A DNA stretch of 19,691 nt. Source: an uncultured Deinococcales bacterium (lineage in GTDB: Bacteria; Deinococcota; Deinococci; Deinococcales; JAAFIG01). The position numbers and the translations under genes were made by a program. The stretch covers positions 23,825 through 43,515 of the forward strand of contig CAXTKV010000013.1 in NCBI GenBank assembly GCA_964244895.1, read 5' to 3'. Shown here in pieces: positions 8,162 to 14,575 of this stretch. The notes beneath the pieces are model-generated. The model had not been told where the DNA came from and ran no database searches. It saw nothing but the letters and a program-made list of their open reading frames with translations. Numbering within the stretch: position 1 is the stretch's first letter; every line of letters begins with the position of its first letter.

Positions 8162-8189
8162 GAAAATACGTGTGCTGTACGGTGTTCTC
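8162..8189. repeat. Degenerate REP-like copy E (GAAAATACGTGTGCTGTACGGTGTTCTC)
   Basis: Right arm ACGGTGTTCTC is exact; the left arm is decayed. Confidence 0.55.
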
Positions 8190-8191
8190 GT

Positions 8192-8223
8192 GTAACCCAA
8201 GCGTAACCGAAGCTGAATAAGGT
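8192..8223 (+). promoter_or_regulatory. OmpR-type box GTAACC-CAAGC-GTAACC (8192-8208), 9 nt, then -10 TAAGGT (8218-8223)
   Basis: 11-bp-period direct repeat upstream of the Rieske gene; SD GGAGG at 8230-8234. Confidence 0.75.
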
Positions 8224-8239
8224 TGCGGCGGAGGCACAC

Positions 8240-8770
8240 ATGAACGACACCGACATCAATCACGTGAAGATGGCTCAGGACGCGTCCGAAATCGACCAGA
8301 GCGCCACCTCGCGCCGAGCATTCTTGAAGCGCACCGGGCTGGTCGCGGCTGGATTGGCCTTATCGGGCGCAGTCTCGGCGCAGGACGACGAGAACCGTGG
8401 CGCGATCGCGCAAGCCGCGAACAAGGGTCTGGTGGATCTCGGGCCCGTGACGGCCTTTAAAGCGGGCAGCCTGACCGACCGCACAAAAGATTCGGGTGTG
8501 CTCATCTCGAGAACATCCGATGGCCTGATTGCGCTCTCACCGGTCTGCACGCATCAGGGCTGCACGACCCACTACGCCAGCGACGCGAACAATCTGGCCT
8601 GTTCGTGTCACGGTGCGCGTTTCGGGACTGATGGCAGCGTCGCACGCGGCCCGGCTCGTTCCCCACTGGCGGCCTATCCGCTTCAGGTCAAGAACGGGCA
8701 CCTGTTCGTCAACACCAACAAGCTGGTTCAGCGTTCCAGCGTGCAGAAAACGGATTTCTTGAAGGTGTAA
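8240..8770 (+). CDS. Tat-exported Rieske [2Fe-2S] protein
   Basis: Twin-arginine motif SRRAFLK, h-region and AVSA|QD cleavage-like site; Rieske boxes CTHQGC and CSCHG; GPARSPL proline loop. Confidence 0.92.
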   Translation: MNDTDINHVKMAQDASEIDQSATSRRAFLKRTGLVAAGLALSGAVSAQDDENRGAIAQAANKGLVDLGPVTAFKAGSLTDRTKDSGVLISRTSDGLIALSPVCTHQGCTTHYASDANNLACSCHGARFGTDGSVARGPARSPLAAYPLQVKNGHLFVNTNKLVQRSSVQKTDFLKV

Positions 8771-8783
8771 ATCGGTTTTGACC

Positions 8784-8846
8784 CGCAAAGAACACCGTCC
8801 CGGACGGTGTTCTTTGCGATCACGCCCCTGCGTCCCGGACGGCGCT
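8784..8846. repeat. REP-like perfect palindrome F1 (CGCAAAGAACACCGTCC-C-GGACGGTGTTCTTTGCG, 8784-8818) and degenerate unit F2 (8829-8846)
   Basis: 17-bp perfect arms around one central base, starting 14 nt after the Rieske stop; may also act as a terminator or 3' stabiliser. Confidence 0.92.
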
Positions 8847-8851
8847 GCCCT

Positions 8852-8883
8852 GTAACCGACCTGAAACTGGCGCGGTGCAAAAT
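8852..8883 (+). promoter_or_regulatory. OmpR-type box GTAACC-GACCT-GAAACT (8852-8868), 9 nt, then -10-like CAAAAT (8878-8883)
   Basis: Third, weaker copy of the box with identical spacing, upstream of the response regulator (autoregulation inferred). Confidence 0.6.
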
Positions 8884-8900
8884 GATCGAGGAATGCGCAG

Positions 8901-8906
8901 TAGGCT
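8901..8906 (+). promoter_or_regulatory. Leaderless -10 TAGGCT, 6 nt upstream of ATG 8913
   Basis: TANNNT-N6-ATG with no SD at the usual distance. Confidence 0.6.
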
Positions 8907-8912
8907 GCAACC

Positions 8913-9590
8913 ATGAAGGTCTTGCTGGTCGAGGACGAACCCGCCATCGCCACACCCGTGATGCGCGCTCTGCAAGCCCAGGGGCTCGAGGTGCGCGTCG
9001 CCAACGATCTGGTGACGGGACGCGAGGCGATCGCCGAGGCGGAACCGGACTTGATGATCCTGGACGTGGGTTTGGTCGAACACGAGGATGGCGGTTTTAT
9101 CCTGGCGCGCGAGGCCAGAAACGCCGGATTTTCGGGCTCGATCCTGTTCCTGACGGCCCGCGACGCCCTGATGGATCGGGTGCAAGGTCTGGACGAGGGC
9201 GGCGACGATTACGTCGTCAAACCCTTCGAGTTGCTCGAGTTGATGGCCCGTGTGCGCGCCCTGTTGCGCCGACCGACCGAGGCGCGCTCAAATAGATTGC
9301 GCTTCGGGGCGCTCGAGATGAACCTCTCCAGCCAGGAGGTGCGCTTTGAATCGCGGCGCGTGGAGCTTTCCAGCCGCGAATTCGGATTGCTCGAGCGCTT
9401 GGCGCTCTCGCCGACGCGCGTGTTCAGCGCCGAAGAACTCCTCGACCTGGTCTGGGGCGATGCCGCCTCGACCCCCGGCGTGGTCAAGGTCAACGTTCAC
9501 CGCTTGCGCGAGAAGCTGTCCCCGGTCATCGTGCGCAGTTCGCGGCGCGGCTACCAGTTCGGGCTCGAGCCGACCGAGCGCCGCGCGTGA
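8913..9590 (+). CDS. OmpR/PhoB-family response regulator
   Basis: Receiver domain (LLVEDE, MILD phosphoacceptor, FLTARD, DDYVVKPF) plus winged-helix domain (LSSREFGLL, VKVNVHRLREKL, RGY). Confidence 0.95.
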   Translation: MKVLLVEDEPAIATPVMRALQAQGLEVRVANDLVTGREAIAEAEPDLMILDVGLVEHEDGGFILAREARNAGFSGSILFLTARDALMDRVQGLDEGGDDYVVKPFELLELMARVRALLRRPTEARSNRLRFGALEMNLSSQEVRFESRRVELSSREFGLLERLALSPTRVFSAEELLDLVWGDAASTPGVVKVNVHRLREKLSPVIVRSSRRGYQFGLEPTERRA

Positions 9591-10864
9591 GCCTGCGAAT
9601 CCGGCTGGCGGCCTTCATCGCGCTGGTCGTGGCGTTGGCGCTGATCGCCCAGGGAGCGCTCGGTTACGTGCGCTTCGAGCGGCTGGCCTTCGCGGACACC
9701 GACCGCGACCTGGAAATCTTCTTGCACGGCGTGACTGAGCGCCTATCGCGCGGCCTGGAGATGGACGGCATCCCGAGCGATGAACCGCGCGGCAACCCGA
9801 ACCTTCGCGCCCGGTTGTTGCGCGGCGATCTGGTGATTGCGACCTTCGGCCCGGCCTTTCCCACGAAGATCAAACCCGGAGCCGTGGGAGCCCGCAACGT
9901 CGACCAGTGGCGGGTCATGTGCGTCGCGCTCGAGTCCGGCCTGCGGCTCGAGGGCGCGATCTCGACCAGCGAACGGCGTCAGGGCGCGCAGCGCTACCTG
10001 CGCGCCCTGACGCTGACCGTACCGCTGTTCGCGGCGCTCGGGGCGCTGGTGGCCTGGTTCGCGGCGGCTCGCGCCCTGGCTCCACTGGAAACCACGATCC
10101 GCGCGGCCAGCCGCGTGGCCGAATCTGGCGATCTGACCGAGCGCGTGCCGGACGGTTCCGGGCGCAGCGAACTCGGGCGATTGGCCGCAGCCTTCAACCG
10201 GATGCTCGAGCGCTTGCAGGCCTTCCGCACGCGCGAGTCGAGCTTCGTGCGTTACGCCTCGCACGAGCTGCGCACGCCGTTGACCGCTATGCGCGCCCAA
10301 CTCGACGCGGAACGCCAGGGTTGGGTCACACCCACAGAGGCGCTCGAGACGGCCCGCGATCAGGTCGAACGCATGACGCGACTCTCCGGTGCGCTCTTGG
10401 TGCTGGCCCGCGAGGGGCGCGCCGAAACCGTTCCTTTCGACCTGGCGCGATTGAGCCGCGAGATCGCGTCGCGGCACAGTGCGAGCTATCAGGGGCCGGA
10501 TCGCCTGGAATTTCGGGGCAACCCCGATCTGCTCGAACGCGCGCTCGAGAACCTTTTCGACAACGCTTCCAAGTACGCGCCCGGCGCACAGGTCGGCCTT
10601 CGGATCGCACCGAAAAATCCGCTCGAGTTGAGCGTCCAGGACGACGGCCCCGGCCTTCCCGCCGATGCGCTCGAACGCGTGCGCGAGGCGTTCTACCGCG
10701 CGCCCGGAACCCGCGCGCCGGGCAGCGGTCTGGGGTTGGCGGTGGTCGAACACGTCGCGGAAGCGCACGGTGGCGTGCTCGAACTCGAGAACGCCGTGCC
10801 ACACGGCCTGCGCGCCACGTTGAAGCTCAATTTCGAGCCGGATGCTCGAATGCCAAAAGCCTGA
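9587..10864 (+). CDS. Membrane sensor histidine kinase (2 TM, HAMP, HisKA, HATPase_c)
   Basis: Two TM helices, HAMP (ELGRLAAAFNRML), H-box ASHELRTPLT, N-box NLFDNASKY, DDGPG and GSGLGL; GTGA overlap with the regulator. Confidence 0.95.
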   Translation: MSLRIRLAAFIALVVALALIAQGALGYVRFERLAFADTDRDLEIFLHGVTERLSRGLEMDGIPSDEPRGNPNLRARLLRGDLVIATFGPAFPTKIKPGAVGARNVDQWRVMCVALESGLRLEGAISTSERRQGAQRYLRALTLTVPLFAALGALVAWFAAARALAPLETTIRAASRVAESGDLTERVPDGSGRSELGRLAAAFNRMLERLQAFRTRESSFVRYASHELRTPLTAMRAQLDAERQGWVTPTEALETARDQVERMTRLSGALLVLAREGRAETVPFDLARLSREIASRHSASYQGPDRLEFRGNPDLLERALENLFDNASKYAPGAQVGLRIAPKNPLELSVQDDGPGLPADALERVREAFYRAPGTRAPGSGLGLAVVEHVAEAHGGVLELENAVPHGLRATLKLNFEPDARMPKA

Positions 10865-10873
10865 AAGTCCGCG

Positions 10874-10932
10874 GACACCGTCCGGTACGGCTCTCGTGAC
10901 GGTTCAAAAATACTGTCCCAAACGGTCTTCTC
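10874..10932. repeat. Degenerate REP-like pair G (GACACCGTCCGGTACGGCTCTC; AAATACTGTCCCAAACGGTCTTCTC)
   Basis: Two decayed consensus matches between the convergent stop codons of the kinase and the deacetylase. Confidence 0.6.
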
Positions 10933-10942
10933 GGCGTGCCGA

Positions 10943-11677
10943 TCATTCCAGATCGCTAGCGATCCGATCCGAAGTCCATTCCGGCACGGCGCGACGGAAG
11001 GTTTCAGTCACGATCCGTTCCGGCATCCGGCGCAGAAAATCCACCGTCGAGAGCGCCTGCGTGCGGTGGCTGGCGATGGCCTTCAGTTTGGGCACCAGGT
11101 AAGCCGTCACGTCGCGCTCGTGGGTCGGCGGGCGGTACGTGTCCGCCCAGTCGGGGTTCACCAGCTTCGGGGTGGCAAAATAATACAGGCTGGTCGGGTT
11201 TCCCAGCAGCCCCGAATGCTCGAGTGCACCGTAAGCCGCGCGGTGCGAAACGATGTGATCCGGGTGGCGGTTGCTGCCGTCCGGCGCGAAGCTGATGACC
11301 ACGCGCGGGCGCATTTCCAGCAGGTCGCGGGCGGTGCGTTCGATCAGCGCCCGCAACGGCACGTCCTGAAGGCCGCCCTGGAAGGTTCCGGGTACGGTCA
11401 CCTGGCCGGGCGTGTCCCTGGACGGCGGGGTCGCGTCGGGGTACTCGTACTGGCGGAAATCGTGAATCCCCAGCGCGCTCACGCTCTCGAGTAATTCTGC
11501 GTCGCGCAACGCGGGCAGGTCGGCGGGTTCGCACAGCCCCAAGGTGCGCCCGTTGCCGCCGCGCGTCAGGGTGATCAATCCGGTGCGCCGTCCGGTCAGC
11601 GCGTACTCCGCCAGGGTTCCACCGACGCCGTAGGCTTCGTCGTCCGGGTGCGCCACGATGACCAGAAGATCGAGCAT
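10943..11677 (-). CDS. PIG-L/LmbE family N-acetylglucosaminyl deacetylase (BshB/MshB-like)
   Basis: Metal-binding AHPDDE and HPDH motifs, TLTRG, R..EL and K.AIASHRTQ. Confidence 0.92.
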   Translation of the reverse strand: MLDLLVIVAHPDDEAYGVGGTLAEYALTGRRTGLITLTRGGNGRTLGLCEPADLPALRDAELLESVSALGIHDFRQYEYPDATPPSRDTPGQVTVPGTFQGGLQDVPLRALIERTARDLLEMRPRVVISFAPDGSNRHPDHIVSHRAAYGALEHSGLLGNPTSLYYFATPKLVNPDWADTYRPPTHERDVTAYLVPKLKAIASHRTQALSTVDFLRRMPERIVTETFRRAVPEWTSDRIASDLE

Positions 11678-11683
11678 GGTTCG

Positions 11684-11689
11684 AGCGTA
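11684..11689 (-). promoter_or_regulatory. Leaderless -10 TACGCT, 6 nt upstream of ATG 11677
   Basis: TANNNT-N6-ATG with no SD. Confidence 0.65.
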
Positions 11690-11782
11690 CCGTACCGGTC
11701 AGAGATCAGGGGTCAGAACTCAGAGGAAAGACCGCCAAGCCTTGACGCGCTCGAGCTGTTGCCTCATGGCCCACAGATTACC

Positions 11783-11843
11783 GAGCGCACCGTCCAGCAC
11801 GGTTCTTTCGGAGCATCGAAAACACCGTCCAGGACGGTCTTTG
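11783..11843. repeat. REP-like pair H (GAGCGCACCGTCCAGCACGGTTCTTTC; GAAAACACCGTCCAGGACGGTCTTTG)
   Basis: Two consensus-like units at 11783-11809 and 11818-11843 in a divergent intergenic region. Confidence 0.8.
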
Positions 11844-11888
11844 TACTTCGGGGCTCGAGCCAACGCACACGCCCAAAGCAAAGCGCCC

Positions 11889-11897
11889 TGTTAGCAT
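11889..11897 (+). promoter_or_regulatory. Extended -10 TGT-TAGCAT, 7 nt upstream of ATG 11905 (leaderless)
   Basis: TGn-TANNNT-N7-ATG; supports 11905 as the start. Confidence 0.6.
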
Positions 11898-11904
11898 CAC
11901 CGGG

Positions 11905-14238
11905 ATGCGAGAACCCAGCCAAGCGCCGATGCCGAACCGGGATGAGCTGGAACAGGAACACCCTGAGGGACGGGGCGTCACGGGTGACATGCTGAACCTG
12001 TCATCGGGCATGCTGGAACGGTTCACGGCGCTCTTGGTGGCGCGCCCGACGATCGAGGAAGTGCTCGAGGAGACCTTCGCGGGCTTGCAGGAAATGGCGG
12101 ACATCGAGTACCTGGCACTGCTGGTTTTCGAAGACGGACGGCTGGTGCCGCGAATGGTCTGCTCACTGGACGAAGCCGTTCAGGACGCGATCCCTTTTCA
12201 GAGAAGTCCGATGGATGCGCCGTCCGGCACGGTCTTGTTCAACCCGCAATTCGTGGACGACACGCACCACGAATTGCTGCCCGGCATCATTGCGCCATTG
12301 GAAACCTCGAGCGTCTGCAGCCTGCCGTTGCAGCGCGGCGATGGTGTTCACGGCTTGCTGGTCGCGGGGCGTTTCGGCGCGCCGCGCGTCTGGACGCGCT
12401 CGCAGCGCATGATCCTGATCGCCGTCAGCCGGGTGGTGGCCGCCAGCGTCGAACGGGTCGAGGGCGTCCAGGCGATCGAGCGCGCCGGGCGCGAATCCAC
12501 GGCCTTGCTGGCGCTCTCGAGGCTGCTCGAGGGCGTGACCCACGTTCACCAGTTGCGGCGCTCGGCGCTCGAGACGCTCAGGCCGCACTTTCCGGGCGCG
12601 TCGCTGGGCTTGGCGGTGCTGGAACGCGGGCTGATGCGGGTGGTGGATTTCGAGGGCGACGAGGAACTCGCGCTGCGCGCCGGGTTGTTCGAGGCCAGGA
12701 CACCCGCCGACCCGCAAGTGCTGCGCGCCCTGGAAGGCCGCGAGACGCTCTGGCGCGACGAGTACGGCGCGACCAGCCCCGACCAGCGCTGGTTCGAGGC
12801 GGGCATCGGCGAAATCGCGATCGTGCCGTTGCAACCCCAGCGCGGCCTGTACTCGAGGCTGGAAAGCCTGGTGGCGCTGCGCCGCGCCCGCCGCCGCCCG
12901 TGGAGCGAACTCGAACGGCGCTTGCTGACGGCGGCGGCCCGCACGATCACGGTCGCCTTCGAGCGGATCGAGGCCGCCCAGGCGCTCTCCGAGGCCCGCG
13001 AGCGCGCCGAGATGCTGGCGGCCTTATCGGATGCCCTCCAGAACACCATGACCGCCGAACAGGTCGCGCAAACCGCGATGGAATGGCTCGGGCCAGCCCT
13101 GCGGGCCGACAACATCCTGACCTTGCGCCTGACCAGCGACCGCGTTTACGGTATGGGCGTCTGGGGCGAAATCCCGGACGCCTACAAGGGCTATTTCCGG
13201 CGCGAGGGCGTGCGGCTCGAGGCCACGCGTTTGACGCGCACCATCGCCGAGACGGGCGAACCGATCTACGAACTGGGCTACAACCGCGGCGAGAGCGCCC
13301 GCCAGAGCGACCGCCGCAAGGTCGCGGTCGGCCTGGAACCGATCAAGGACGCCAGCGGACGCGTGGTCGCGATCTTCTCGGTGGCGCGCGATCCCAGGAT
13401 CGGCGACTGGCTCGAGGAAGAGCGCGAACTGATGGCGCGCGCGGCGGGCACGGTCGGGTTGGCGCTCGAGCGCGCACGCGTGCGCGAGGAACTCGAGTCG
13501 CAGAACACCGCCCTGGAACAAAAGAGCGCCGAGATGGAAGCCTTCGTCTACAGCGTCTCTCACGACCTGAAAGCCCCGATGGTCAGCCTGGAAGGCATGA
13601 GTACGTTGCTCTTGGAGGCGCTCGAGGCCGGTGATGCCGAAGAAACCCAGTTTTTCGTCTCCAGGTTGCGCGCCAACGTCGCGACCATGAGCGCGCTGGT
13701 CAACAACCTGCTGGAACTTTCCAGGGTCGGACGGGTGGACGACCCGGACGAGATCAACGATGTCGGCGCAGTCGTTCAGGGCGTGCTGGACGAACTCGAG
13801 ACGACCATCAAGGCCAAAAACATTCGGATCGCGCTGCCCGGTCACTGGCCGCACGTGCGCTACCCGCACTCGAGGTTGTACCAGATCTGGGCCAACCTGA
13901 TCGGCAACGCCGTTAAATTCATGCCGCCCGACCGCGCGCAGGCGCAGATCACCGTCTCCTGGGACTGGCGCGATGGGCTCGAGTTCGCCGTGACCGACAA
14001 CGGTTCCGGCATTCCGAGCGCCCTGCGCGCCAAAGTTTTCGAGCTCTTCACCCGCCTCGACCCGAGCGTCGAAGGCACGGGCGTGGGCCTGGCGATGGTC
14101 AAGCGCATCGTGGAATCCAAGGGCGGCACGGTGCGCCTCGAGGACAACCCGGACGGCATCGGCGTGCGCTTCGCGTTTCACGTGCCCGTCTCGCGGATCG
14201 TCATGCCGGACGTTTCACCCGAATCGTCGTTGCAGTAA
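11905..14238 (+). CDS. Cytoplasmic histidine kinase with three GAF domains
   Basis: Three GAF-terminal repeats (RVWTRSQR..VAASVER, RPWSELERR..VAFER, GDWLEEERE..LALER); H-box FVYSVSHDLKAP, NLIGNAVKF, DNGSGI and GTGVGLAMVKRIVE; no TM helix. Confidence 0.9.
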   Translation: MREPSQAPMPNRDELEQEHPEGRGVTGDMLNLSSGMLERFTALLVARPTIEEVLEETFAGLQEMADIEYLALLVFEDGRLVPRMVCSLDEAVQDAIPFQRSPMDAPSGTVLFNPQFVDDTHHELLPGIIAPLETSSVCSLPLQRGDGVHGLLVAGRFGAPRVWTRSQRMILIAVSRVVAASVERVEGVQAIERAGRESTALLALSRLLEGVTHVHQLRRSALETLRPHFPGASLGLAVLERGLMRVVDFEGDEELALRAGLFEARTPADPQVLRALEGRETLWRDEYGATSPDQRWFEAGIGEIAIVPLQPQRGLYSRLESLVALRRARRRPWSELERRLLTAAARTITVAFERIEAAQALSEARERAEMLAALSDALQNTMTAEQVAQTAMEWLGPALRADNILTLRLTSDRVYGMGVWGEIPDAYKGYFRREGVRLEATRLTRTIAETGEPIYELGYNRGESARQSDRRKVAVGLEPIKDASGRVVAIFSVARDPRIGDWLEEERELMARAAGTVGLALERARVREELESQNTALEQKSAEMEAFVYSVSHDLKAPMVSLEGMSTLLLEALEAGDAEETQFFVSRLRANVATMSALVNNLLELSRVGRVDDPDEINDVGAVVQGVLDELETTIKAKNIRIALPGHWPHVRYPHSRLYQIWANLIGNAVKFMPPDRAQAQITVSWDWRDGLEFAVTDNGSGIPSALRAKVFELFTRLDPSVEGTGVGLAMVKRIVESKGGTVRLEDNPDGIGVRFAFHVPVSRIVMPDVSPESSLQ

Positions 14239-14287
14239 GAACACCGTCCAGGACACGTTTTTAGAAATGCGTCCTGGACGGTGTTCT
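14238..14287. repeat. REPIN-like inverted doublet I (AGAACACCGTCCAGGAC-N16-GTCCTGGACGGTGTTCT)
   Basis: Perfect 17-bp inverted repeats at 14238-14254 and 14271-14287 with an AT-rich spacer; the first base overlaps the kinase TAA. Confidence 0.92.
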
Positions 14288-14514
14288 CGCGTCGGCTCGA
14301 ACCGTGAACCACGAGCGAGGTTCGGATCTGAAACGAACCTTCGATGGCCGGGTTCCAGCGGCGAGCGATCTCGAGGCACCGCCGACCGCCGTGCTTCCAT
14401 CTCGAGACAGTGCCGTCCAAAGACTTCTGGCGAACGTCTGATCCGATGATCGAGCGTTCCCCCGCCTCAGGCTCAACCTCTATCGATCGCGATTCTCGCG
14501 AGGACTTCCACGAA

Positions 14515-14548
14515 CGAAGCCTCGAAAAGATACCTTCTTGGGGCTTCG
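14515..14548. terminator. Stem-loop CGAAGCCTCGAAAAG-ATAC-CTTCTTGGGGCTTCG, putative terminator
   Basis: About 15-bp imperfect stem 27 nt beyond the stop of the minus-strand phosphoesterase; the U-tract is weak. Confidence 0.5.
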
Positions 14549-14575
14549 CGGGTTAGGAATTGTTTGGGTATCGGC

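Noticed and set aside
8240..8770. Calling the Rieske gene petA/qcrA or aioB
   Set aside because: No cytochrome b/c or molybdopterin subunit is adjacent, so no symbol can be supported.
11905..14238. Bacteriophytochrome call
   Set aside because: No PAS-GAF-PHY architecture or DIP/chromophore motifs; only the kinase core is of that class.
14344..14556. Small ORFs in the kinase/phosphoesterase gap
   Set aside because: No SD or leaderless -10, atypical composition, and they overlap hairpins.
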